Shown here piece by piece: positions 1-8,902 of a stretch of 64,000 bases of DNA (its first letter is position 1; the number at the start of each line of letters is the position of its first letter). The stretch lies in the IMG/VR virus record IMGVR_UViG_3300035698_024626, positions 1 through 64,000 of that record; one strand, given 5' to 3'. The notes beneath the pieces were generated by a model. The model was given only the letters and a program-made list of their open reading frames with translations, was not told the DNA's origin and made no database searches. This DNA is from a virus. Both the position numbers and the translations under genes were made by a program.

Positions 1-373
1 CTGTCAATCTACCTAAAACATCCGAAGTCATAAAATATCGCTGAAACTCCTCTTCACTATATCTAATTGCTGAAGCCACAGCGCGAGACCGCAAAGGGAA
101 GTTAATAGTATGAAGTCGTTTAACCACGGTAGACGCATGAACACCCAACATTCTCGCAATCTGGGAAGCCGAAAGCCCTAAATTGTAAAGTATTACAAAA
201 AAAGAATCTGGAAAAATCTGATTAGCTTCAGACCTTTTCCGCATTTCGATTCCCAAAGCCTTGAGTCTATGATACATCTTCGTGTCACTACATCCATCAA
301 TGTGGGCGATTTCGGCACAACTAAGCCGATCGCGTTTATACAACTCTCTCACTTTGGCGTCTGGCAGAGACAT
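1..373 (-). CDS. HTH-repeat DNA-binding protein, runs off the window edge (partial)
   Basis: Hand translation from ATG at 373: MSLPDAKVRELYKRDRLSCAEIAHIDGCSDTKMYHRLKALGIEMR...GLSASQIARMLGVHASTVVKRL, open to base 1; same HTH repeat type as the neighbouring 588 aa protein. Confidence 0.7.
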   Translation of the reverse strand, partial: MSLPDAKVRELYKRDRLSCAEIAHIDGCSDTKMYHRLKALGIEMRKRSEANQIFPDSFFVILYNLGLSASQIARMLGVHASTVVKRLHTINFPLRSRAVASAIRYSEEEFQRYFMTSDVLGRLT

Positions 374-493
374 AAGAAACCCCCAGAGAAAAGACCTTTC
401 ACCAGAATTATACACCAAAAGAAAAGGATTGGAAACCATCAATCTGGCCCCAACCCTTAGAGAATTGCTAAGATGAAATTGCGAAAATTTGTG

Positions 494-2260
494 CTACAAA
501 GTTAAAGTGTATCTGTATTTATGGCTCAATGGGATACGAATCCATCCTCGTTCTTGAGCCAATTCCTTTTCGGTTTTATCTATTCCTTTAATTCTTCGAC
601 AAGACGCCTTGTGCTTCAAACTAAATGTTATTGGATCAAAATAGGCGTAGCTGGATTGTGTTGTTCCGGCTTTTCCCCAACCAGCCATTCTATAAACGCC
701 ACCATTATGTCCGACAGAAGAATCGGCAAACGCGATCAATCCCTTGATATGCGAATAATTATTTTTTATATACGCACAACACTCACTTAAAAATTCACAG
801 GCAAATGGCCGTATAACATAAAAGGGGATACATAAACGAGTTAATTCCCAAATATCTTGTTTAATATACTTATTGGTTCCGGTCCCAAATGTAGCAACTC
901 CAATAATAACTCCGCCCCTTTTGGCAACAAGGATCAATTTTGACCCCGGAATAGTCCCCAAATAATGTTCATATCGAATAATTGGCCGTATCTCTTTGGC
1001 CGTAGAGGTTTGTAGATTGTGGTTTATTGGTTGTATTTGACCCTGATTATTAAATAATTGAAAATCTTTTTCTGATAGGGAGCTACACTTAATGGCAAAA
1101 TCTGGATATGGTCGCCAAATTTTCCACCAGGGGTGGGCTTGTTCTAATCTACCTTCTTCGATTTTATTATGCTCTTCTTTTGAAACAACTAATCCATTGT
1201 TATCATCATAAAATCTTGTATCATGCATAATGGCCAAATCGCGATATTCATCAGGAAGCGGTTTATGTTTGGTAACCGATGCCTGTAAAATAATATAAAA
1301 TGGATAAATATGATGACAATTTAATTCTCTAATTTGTTGGTTGGAAATCTCACTTTTATGTTTACTTCGCACAAAAGCATCTGTTCGCCATTGACTAGAA
1401 GCTGCGCAACTTCTAATCGCATTGCGTGTGTCGGTTATTCCACCCTTCCATGATCCATTGCTTTTACCGATATTGCGTCGTCTAGCTTTACCAATAACCA
1501 TAAATCTATGTCTTGTAAATGGGGCACTTTTATTAAAATAAGCAGAAATTTTTTCACAAGACCAACCACATGAATCATATAAATGAATTAGTTGATCGTT
1601 GGGAATATCATCGCTTTTCCTCCATAACCTAGCACCCTCTGATACCGATCTCGTTCCTCTATTGGTTTTTTTTAGTCGTTGTTTAACAAAACCCGCGCTT
1701 CTTCCTAACTGCTTAGCTGTTTCTGCTATACTGAGTTCTTTATTCCAATACAAGTCTATAATTTGATCATTAGAAATATCTTTAATAATGGGCGTAGAAG
1801 ACCTAATCTCTATTTTGAGTTTTTTTAAGTGACGGCGAATAACAGATGCACTCACCCTAAAATATTCGGCACATGCCTTAATACTTAGTTCCCGTTCCAC
1901 ATATAAATCTAATAATTGAACTTCATTAATGGGTATCGCCCTAAAAGCCCCGCCAACCCGGATTAATTTAACTCCAATTCCCTTTAATTTTTTCTGAACT
2001 AAAGATTTGGAAATGTTATGTTTTTGGGCTATCGCGGTAGTAGACATTTTATTAATAACATAATCATATTCTATTATATGTGGATCAATTGTGCTAGGGG
2101 CTTGTCCTGGTGGTTTTAAAGGTATCCCAGCTTCTTTTAATCTACTGGTGACTGTCGCCGGATGAACGTTAAATATTTTTGCTATTTGCGATATAGATAA
2201 ACCATCTTTTTGATATAACAAAACAGCCCTGTCTAAATCAAACGGTTTTTTATGGGCCAT
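494..2260 (-). CDS. Multi-HTH protein with degenerate HNH-like centre and C-terminal Mom-like GNAT domain
   Basis: Five HTH repeats (LSISQIAKIFNVHPATVTSRL etc.); NGSWKGG and LNCHHIYPF...NNGLVVSKEEH; C-terminus EHYLG...GVATFG...WELTRLC...IAFADSSVGHNGGVYRMAGW matches the Mom family pattern. Confidence 0.6.
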   Translation of the reverse strand: MAHKKPFDLDRAVLLYQKDGLSISQIAKIFNVHPATVTSRLKEAGIPLKPPGQAPSTIDPHIIEYDYVINKMSTTAIAQKHNISKSLVQKKLKGIGVKLIRVGGAFRAIPINEVQLLDLYVERELSIKACAEYFRVSASVIRRHLKKLKIEIRSSTPIIKDISNDQIIDLYWNKELSIAETAKQLGRSAGFVKQRLKKTNRGTRSVSEGARLWRKSDDIPNDQLIHLYDSCGWSCEKISAYFNKSAPFTRHRFMVIGKARRRNIGKSNGSWKGGITDTRNAIRSCAASSQWRTDAFVRSKHKSEISNQQIRELNCHHIYPFYIILQASVTKHKPLPDEYRDLAIMHDTRFYDDNNGLVVSKEEHNKIEEGRLEQAHPWWKIWRPYPDFAIKCSSLSEKDFQLFNNQGQIQPINHNLQTSTAKEIRPIIRYEHYLGTIPGSKLILVAKRGGVIIGVATFGTGTNKYIKQDIWELTRLCIPFYVIRPFACEFLSECCAYIKNNYSHIKGLIAFADSSVGHNGGVYRMAGWGKAGTTQSSYAYFDPITFSLKHKASCRRIKGIDKTEKELAQERGWIRIPLSHKYRYTLTL

Positions 2261-2282
2261 TGTCTGCTCTCCTTCTTAGAGT

Positions 2283-2310
2283 ATTATACGTTCCAAACAA
2301 GCGTTTGTTT
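2283..2310 (-). promoter_or_regulatory. Phage bipartite promoter AAACAAA-N11-AACGTATAAT
   Basis: One of five copies with identical spacing; directly upstream of ORF 494..2260. Confidence 0.6.
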
Positions 2311-2397
2311 AGGATTTTATGGAAAATTTTGACAAAAAAAATGAATGGGCTGAAACTTGTTTCACCCACTCATAAAAGCTGATTTTGCTCACCCAAT

Positions 2398-2431
2398 AAA
2401 AACGGGGCTAGTAAATCACTAGCCCCATTTT
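2398..2431 (-). terminator. Intrinsic terminator after major capsid gene
   Basis: GGGGCTAGT-aaatc-ACTAGCCCC hairpin flanked by A and T runs. Confidence 0.75.
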
Positions 2432-2449
2432 AGAGTTAGAAACTACCCA

Positions 2450-3478
2450 CTACGCAGACGCTAAGAGAATTCGGCGCCCATCTAATGCCGCAAAACCGTG
2501 ATTTTGGAACCCGTAGAACCCTGCCTTTCTTCGGCGGTGTAGGTTGTCATCCTCGAAGATAGACAATTGTTCCTTCACTGGCATCACGAACGAATCTCCA
2601 TGAGACAGATCAAGGCCCACAACGATTTCCTCATCGTCCGTCCCCATATCAACGCCCAGAGTCGCAAAATACGTCTGGAATTCTTGACCAACACCAAGCT
2701 CATCCAGAGGATGCAGATTCACGCCGTAAATACGAGCCATCGGCCCGCCATCGTCACTAGCGGTAAAGATGTCCCGACGAGTTAGATCGTCAACTTCATC
2801 ATGATCCCACTCGCGAATATCTTCGAGAGCTTCTGGACTGATGTATAGATCAGTCAGACGACCCCGATTCGGTGTAGCGCTGTTTCCACCTGCAAGACGA
2901 GTCATAGTCGTCTTCATTAGAGAAACCAGACGCTTCGTAAATTGACCGGCTGTTGCAGCACTGTCATACACCAATGGAGCACCACCAGAGTAATCGGTAC
3001 GACCTGCACCAGCGGCGATGATAACGCGCCAGCCATCCGTGTTCATCTTCTTAACAAACCCGGCTTCCATAACCTCCATCGCACGAGCAACGATGTTCCA
3101 ACGTGCAGCACTCGAATACTTCAGAGGCCAATCAATTGCGTTGCCGACATCGTAGGTACTAATCGTCACAGCATCCCCACAAATGGTACGCTGTGGCAAT
3201 GCGCCTTCGCTTGGAATCTGATAGGCAACATAATCACTTTCTTGAGCAGTCTGATAAAAATCTAGTGGATACTCAGCAGTGGCGCTTGGATCGAGAACTT
3301 CAGGAGCGAAGATTCCACCCAGAATGTCACCATCGAGCAATGCTGAACGCAGTGGTACCTGAAGTGCCTGAGCCAGAGCGTGCATAGCCTCCAAAGCCTC
3401 AGCTTTATTAGACGAACCCGTCCGACGCAGCAATTCCACTTGTTCAGAAGTTGGTTTTGTAATCTTACTACGCTTCAT
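2450..3478 (-). CDS. Major capsid protein (HK97 fold)
   Basis: 342 aa; position in the order terminase-portal-protease-decoration-capsid; strong RBS and terminator; C-terminal GFYGFQNHGFAALDGRRILL typical of HK97-fold capsids. Confidence 0.85.
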   Translation of the reverse strand: MKRSKITKPTSEQVELLRRTGSSNKAEALEAMHALAQALQVPLRSALLDGDILGGIFAPEVLDPSATAEYPLDFYQTAQESDYVAYQIPSEGALPQRTICGDAVTISTYDVGNAIDWPLKYSSAARWNIVARAMEVMEAGFVKKMNTDGWRVIIAAGAGRTDYSGGAPLVYDSAATAGQFTKRLVSLMKTTMTRLAGGNSATPNRGRLTDLYISPEALEDIREWDHDEVDDLTRRDIFTASDDGGPMARIYGVNLHPLDELGVGQEFQTYFATLGVDMGTDDEEIVVGLDLSHGDSFVMPVKEQLSIFEDDNLHRRRKAGFYGFQNHGFAALDGRRILLASA

Positions 3479-3492
3479 ATTTCTTCACCCCC

Positions 3493-3966
3493 TTATGTGA
3501 TATCAATCGAAATCCGCGCAAACCCAGCCGCGTCTTTCGCAGTTTCAAACCGACCAACTTGAGGCCCGGTAGTCGTACCCGACCCAATCAACCCACTCGC
3601 TGCCAGATAAGCAGCTTGACCAGCAGTGGGAGTATCTGTGGTTATGATCATATCAGTAACCACAAATCCCTTTTTCACTAGGGCACACTTAGTACCCGGA
3701 CGAATCTCACCATTCTCATAATTAATAAAGTCACGAGTTGTACTCATTGCTGCCGCTACTGTATTTAACAGAATGCCCTTTGCAATAGAAGCCGTAGATG
3801 GACTAGCGAGATACGCAACGGTAATGGACGTATCATCTATGCCAACACCTGTGCTGGAACCTGTTTGCGAAGCAACCCCACCCTTTTCTGCCGATGTCTG
3901 AGCGGCAACCCAAAAATTGGTAATATCGATAACTTCATTATACTCACGATCTGGTTTCAAAGCCAT
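3493..3966 (-). CDS. Head decoration/cement protein
   Basis: 157 aa, Gly/Ala/Thr-rich, PTAGQAAYLAASGLI...VGRFETAKDAAGFARISI; immediately upstream of capsid gene. Confidence 0.65.
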   Translation of the reverse strand: MALKPDREYNEVIDITNFWVAAQTSAEKGGVASQTGSSTGVGIDDTSITVAYLASPSTASIAKGILLNTVAAAMSTTRDFINYENGEIRPGTKCALVKKGFVVTDMIITTDTPTAGQAAYLAASGLIGSGTTTGPQVGRFETAKDAAGFARISIDIT

Positions 3967-3980
3967 TCCTATTCACCCCC

Positions 3981-5435
3981 TTAGTCTTTCTCTACAGTTT
4001 CTTGGCCCAAAAGCTTGTGGGCCGTACTTAGCCACAGTTCCTTCTCCGATTCCACTACATTTTCATCCACAACGAAATCAGCGCCTTCTACTTCTTCCAC
4101 ATTATCTAGAGCCGCTTGTGCTTGTTCCGCCTCGGATTTCTCTTTTTCCCCATCACCTTCAGCAGCCTTGGTTTCACCGGCATACTTCAGAACCATCTCG
4201 AATGTTTCATCGGTCATGTCGTGAAACTCTGCCAACGTTGCCTTTTCGTCTTCAATCGTTTTGATCGCAGACAACTTCACCAAACGATCGCGGGCCATCT
4301 CATTCTTGCGGATTTCAGCCAAACCCGTCTCACTCTTAGTGGCACGCTCGGTAACTTCATCCAACGCTTTCTGAAGTTCTACCTTCTCGCCTTCAATTGC
4401 CTCTGTTTTTTCAGAAGCTTCCACCGCTTTAGCCGTCAATTGTTCAACACTGGTTGTTAACTCAGTAACCTGTGTCTCCAGATTTTTCCCCTGCAACTCC
4501 GCAAGAGTCTTATTAGCTTCAACGAGTTCCGCCTCTTTGCTCTTCAGGCTCGCGAGAGTCTCATCGAGCTTCTCCTGGAGTTCTTTCAGTTCTTTCTCCA
4601 TACCTTCTACACCTCCTTTGGGTATCTCATTCAATCCAACACTTTCAAAAACACGAGAAGCAGCCATTTGACTAGCCGCTACCTTAATTACTGATTCGGG
4701 ATTGGCCGGAATCTCAGTAAATCCTTGTGCCCCAAATACCATATCTTTAAGCACTCGGCCAATTTTATATCCCTGATATTCACCACTACCCTTGTAGATT
4801 CGGAGGTGTTTGGTCAGAAAAGCAGTTTCTTCTGTCCTTTCAATCAACTTAGTTGATCCAGTGGCAGGATCAATAATGCCATAACCAAAGTCAGGAAACC
4901 ACACCTCTACTGAAACAAACATCTCACCAGCCTTAGCTTTGGCAATAATTGCTTCAATTCTATCAGTCAACTTAGGAAATGCTTTGTAGAGGACACCCGC
5001 GACTTCAACATCAAATTCTGTTGGAAGGACTTCTCCTTCGCCGAGTTCTATTTCATTCCCGAACTTATCGATTACACGACTTTTAACAATATGCCCAAGA
5101 ATCTTGGTTTCATCGTGTCCATCGTTCATGGGTTTATGCAATGGTGAGTTACGAGCCCGCCAAATTTCTTCAGGAGTGAAAATGTCATCATTTAGATTCC
5201 ATCCGGTACTAACCAGAATGGCCACAACTAGTGACAAATCAGGTTGATCTTCACCGAGCAATTGCTCGACTGTTTGGATCGTAGCCAATTGCTTCATAAG
5301 ATCAGCAACGGACATTTCACCAAAAATCTTAGTTCTTTCACCTGGTGATACCGAACAAACAATAGAGGCACGATTATGCAACCGCTGATCGGTTAAATCA
5401 ATCCCAGCATCCTTTTCAGCTTGATACGTGCGCAC
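3981..5435 (-). CDS. Prohead protease fused to coiled-coil scaffold
   Basis: N-terminal WNLNDDIF...KPMNDGH...ILGHI...FVSVEVWF...PANPESVI protease-like domain; acidic coiled-coil C-terminal half with possible internal start (GGVEGMEKEL). Confidence 0.75.
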   Translation of the reverse strand: MRTYQAEKDAGIDLTDQRLHNRASIVCSVSPGERTKIFGEMSVADLMKQLATIQTVEQLLGEDQPDLSLVVAILVSTGWNLNDDIFTPEEIWRARNSPLHKPMNDGHDETKILGHIVKSRVIDKFGNEIELGEGEVLPTEFDVEVAGVLYKAFPKLTDRIEAIIAKAKAGEMFVSVEVWFPDFGYGIIDPATGSTKLIERTEETAFLTKHLRIYKGSGEYQGYKIGRVLKDMVFGAQGFTEIPANPESVIKVAASQMAASRVFESVGLNEIPKGGVEGMEKELKELQEKLDETLASLKSKEAELVEANKTLAELQGKNLETQVTELTTSVEQLTAKAVEASEKTEAIEGEKVELQKALDEVTERATKSETGLAEIRKNEMARDRLVKLSAIKTIEDEKATLAEFHDMTDETFEMVLKYAGETKAAEGDGEKEKSEAEQAQAALDNVEEVEGADFVVDENVVESEKELWLSTAHKLLGQETVEKD

Positions 5436-5512
5436 TTAAAAACCCCCTGTCATTCAGATTATACACAATCATTGATGGAAATTACACGAAAACGAACTCA
5501 AAAAATTACTTT

Positions 5513-5836
5513 TCATGTTCGCCGCTTATGCAAAAAATCAATCACATCAGCTTTAGCCTGCTCGTCATCGTGAAGAATCTTTGACGCGAATCCTTTGTCG
5601 TCAAGCTCGGCATGAGCGTCAACAGCCAATTCTTCAGGACTTGGAAGGTAAAATTGCCGCCTTTCCTTCATGCCATTACCATCGACATTTTCAAGCGTAT
5701 AGGAAAACGCCACTTCCTTTTTACCATCCCACACAGATTTTGAAATTGAACATTCGTGTGCTGGAACTAACACGCCGTTAACAGTGAGAACCACTTGCCG
5801 AGTCGCCGTATCCAAAGAAACTGTCGCAATTGCCAT
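5513..5836 (-). CDS. Hypothetical protein in head module
   Basis: 107 aa ORF with GGAGG RBS. Confidence 0.7.
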   Translation of the reverse strand: MAIATVSLDTATRQVVLTVNGVLVPAHECSISKSVWDGKKEVAFSYTLENVDGNGMKERRQFYLPSPEELAVDAHAELDDKGFASKILHDDEQAKADVIDFLHKRRT

Positions 5837-5910
5837 TACTTACCTCCCAATTAATTCCAAACTTTTGTTCTACCACCCAGAAAAACTCTGACATCTTTTG
5901 TACCATATGC

Positions 5911-8037
5911 TTAGTAAACCATAGCAGCCCACGCCAGAACAGTCAACATTCGACGCTCTTTCGCAGTCGGCTCCTTTTGGACTGATGTGGTAAAACTAAC
6001 CACATAATCATTGTAGAAAATCTTCATACGAAGAGCATCCTTTTTTGCAGTGCCCAATTTTTTGGCCATAAATTCTTTCGTTACCGTATCTCCCGGACGC
6101 AAGACAGACAAGAGGCCGCGTTTGACCTCTTCCAATTCGGTTCGCTGAGCCTTGGTTAGAGATCGCATGTTTTTAGCTTGGCATTGTTTCAGATAGGGGG
6201 TGTCTATTAACCGATCAATTTGATCCATGAAGTTGTCGGCAATGACACTTATAACAGAAAGGGATTTAGGTGTGCGTTGATCTCTTGGCGCGGTATCTTT
6301 GGTGGATGGAGGTCTTCCCGTAGGATTGTCTCCATCATCCTTGGGTTGATCCCCTTTCGGATTATCTCCACCTCCATTATCATCCTTACCACCTTTATCA
6401 TTACCTTTGAGATCGCGCATTTGTTTAACTTTCACAAGTTCAATCGCAAGATCATTTTGTTTCTCCAGGACAGAGAATGGCCGATTATAAGGATTAGATT
6501 TCTCTAACACACCTGGACTTTCTTCTCTGATTTTTTGCTCAGACTTCATCCTCTCAAGTTCAATCATATAATTAACACCAAAAACTTCGGTGGCCTTTTC
6601 AGATGAAATAATACCACGATCAAGCAACTGAATCATCAATTGCTTTTCCGCCGCTTCATCTCTCAAGGACATATTGCCAAAATTAATCGCCGGAATCTTT
6701 TTGAACCCCATCGCGTCTGCGACCAATTGCAATTCAGTTTTCATCCATCGCACAGTGCGCTCTCGCACATATTCCAGTCGCTCTGCCAAAGTTTTTAACT
6801 GAACAAAAGCCGATTGAGCATTTCGTGTCCCCAAGTCTGCTCCACCAACGAGTGAATCTGGAATACCCAAACCTCGGACAATATCAGCGTTGACCCCTTG
6901 GTACTTTTCAACTCCTAGAATTTTGTCGGTAGGTGGATACTCGATTTGAAGATCGATCATATCGTCCCACACAAGGTCCATGACCCCTCCACCAACATTA
7001 TGCTGAAGAATACCAATAAGTTTATCTACCGCCGCAGCCGTTGGGAGAATTTGTTGATCAGATTTACCCAATTTCCAAAGACGCACGACATTGATAACGC
7101 CATCAAGAGCAGCCATGTCGGCCAATCTCATTTTCTCCTTAAACATGATATCCTCAAGGACACCATACAAAAATGGCGTGCCCCAATCTTCCCAATCATC
7201 TTTCTTGTAATAATCGACATAGATTTTATCCATGTCTAGTTCAACCAGAGCACTACTTTTTTTGGCTGCCGCGACTACTTCTGGAGGAAGCTTCGTTACA
7301 AAAGCCTTTTCGGCTCCGGTTTTTGGCCGCTTAATTGCATTGGCTAGTTTTTTTGGAATACGCATCCCTAATGCATCAGCCCCAAAGAATCGTCCAACCT
7401 CGCCACCAATCTTTTCAATAACGACAGGAGAGAGAAACGTATAACTCCAAGGAATTTCTCTCTTATTGGCCAGTTTCTTTATAGTTTTAATCTTTTCTGG
7501 TGGATCGGATACAGAAGGCTCAAAAATAGTATCTATAGCTGACACACCCCCCTTGGTCATTTCTCTAACGGCAGGCTTGGTGATAAATGCGTTTTTGCGA
7601 CGAACAATTACATTGGCATCTCGCATCAATAATTTCATAAAATCATGTGCGCGACCCGTCAGATTGACACGATTAGCCCACTCACGAAAGAATCTTTCTT
7701 GAGTTTTTGTTGGGTGCTGTAATTCCAACCCCTCTGCGGCAAAATCGGTCATCATATCAATAACATTGCGTACCATACCAACCTTACGATAAACAGCCTG
7801 ACAAGCAAGAATAATGTCTGCATGTTCAGAAGGGAGCTTATCATGCGGACGATCGGCGTAATAATCGTGGCGATTATGCCCAGTCCGCAAATTTACATCT
7901 GATGCTATGGCTCGATTTGCAATACCCTGTGACGTGTGGCATATTTCCGGCAAAATGTGTTCGGCAACACTTTCAGCCCCTTGGGTGTATAGCGCCTTTT
8001 CTTCTGGTTTGCCGTCGCTTGATTCTTTTTCTGCCAT
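5911..8037 (-). CDS. Portal protein
   Basis: Lies between terminase and protease; VRNVIDMMTDFAAEGLEL and LGIPDSLVGG segments, low-complexity tail; start moved to MAEKESS after AGGAG RBS. Confidence 0.8.
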   Translation of the reverse strand: MAEKESSDGKPEEKALYTQGAESVAEHILPEICHTSQGIANRAIASDVNLRTGHNRHDYYADRPHDKLPSEHADIILACQAVYRKVGMVRNVIDMMTDFAAEGLELQHPTKTQERFFREWANRVNLTGRAHDFMKLLMRDANVIVRRKNAFITKPAVREMTKGGVSAIDTIFEPSVSDPPEKIKTIKKLANKREIPWSYTFLSPVVIEKIGGEVGRFFGADALGMRIPKKLANAIKRPKTGAEKAFVTKLPPEVVAAAKKSSALVELDMDKIYVDYYKKDDWEDWGTPFLYGVLEDIMFKEKMRLADMAALDGVINVVRLWKLGKSDQQILPTAAAVDKLIGILQHNVGGGVMDLVWDDMIDLQIEYPPTDKILGVEKYQGVNADIVRGLGIPDSLVGGADLGTRNAQSAFVQLKTLAERLEYVRERTVRWMKTELQLVADAMGFKKIPAINFGNMSLRDEAAEKQLMIQLLDRGIISSEKATEVFGVNYMIELERMKSEQKIREESPGVLEKSNPYNRPFSVLEKQNDLAIELVKVKQMRDLKGNDKGGKDDNGGGDNPKGDQPKDDGDNPTGRPPSTKDTAPRDQRTPKSLSVISVIADNFMDQIDRLIDTPYLKQCQAKNMRSLTKAQRTELEEVKRGLLSVLRPGDTVTKEFMAKKLGTAKKDALRMKIFYNDYVVSFTTSVQKEPTAKERRMLTVLAWAAMVY

Positions 8038-8104
8038 TTTATCTCCTATAGAATCAATGGTATTACAATGGAACAACAGTCATATTGATTATACACCATC
8101 AACT

Positions 8105-8902
8105 TTAAATTTGTTTACCTTTTCTTGAATTACATGGTCCACACAAAAGGGACAGATTTTTGAGAGCGAATAGGGCTAGTATTTCTTCAGTATGATTCGC
8201 AGAAGCTAATGGAATAATATGATCAATTTGAAATCCACTTTTATTATAGGAAACGCCACAAGATGGGCATTTATTTTGTTGTTCATTCCTAATATTCTCC
8301 AGGTAACTTTTTAGGTCGCACGACGTATATGGAAGTAATTTGAAACATCCAGCCCCCTTGCTTTTGAGGGCTAACCTAAGTTGCGTTCTTAATCGATGAA
8401 TGTAGGCCCACTTAGGCTGGGATAGGCGTCTCTTTTGCCACTCACTGTTCCTGCGCCGAACTCCGGGGTTTTCCGCATACACTTTCCTGCACAAACTACA
8501 TCTGGGGCCACGCCTCGGACGTAAACGATGCTCAACATTGCCATGAATAGGGCATACAGCTATTACTCTATTATCTCCCAAAAAAGAAACGATGCGATGT
8601 GAAGGAGATTTGCCATTTTTGCACTGAGTACTTATCCCTATGACAAAAGCCTTATCCCTAATCTGGCTTGATGACCGATTTATAAATTCGGAGCATTTTT
8701 TAGACCCACCAGTAGAATAATAACGCCGCAACAAATTGATTTCTTCATTAGTCCAATCACGGTATTTTATACCAAGATCATATGCTTTATGGGCAATCGC
8801 ATTTCTGGTTCGATCTGGCAACTTGTCATAACATCCGCCATTTTTATATGAATAATTAGTTTTGAGTATATCTAATTCCCTATCTGTCCATCTTGGAACC
8901 AT
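8105..8902 (-). CDS. HNH endonuclease with N-terminal Myb/SANT-like repeats
   Basis: WTDRELDILK/WTNEEINLLR repeats; CPSC...IDHIIPLA...NLSLLCGPCNSRKG. Confidence 0.8.
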   Translation of the reverse strand: MVPRWTDRELDILKTNYSYKNGGCYDKLPDRTRNAIAHKAYDLGIKYRDWTNEEINLLRRYYSTGGSKKCSEFINRSSSQIRDKAFVIGISTQCKNGKSPSHRIVSFLGDNRVIAVCPIHGNVEHRLRPRRGPRCSLCRKVYAENPGVRRRNSEWQKRRLSQPKWAYIHRLRTQLRLALKSKGAGCFKLLPYTSCDLKSYLENIRNEQQNKCPSCGVSYNKSGFQIDHIIPLASANHTEEILALFALKNLSLLCGPCNSRKGKQI

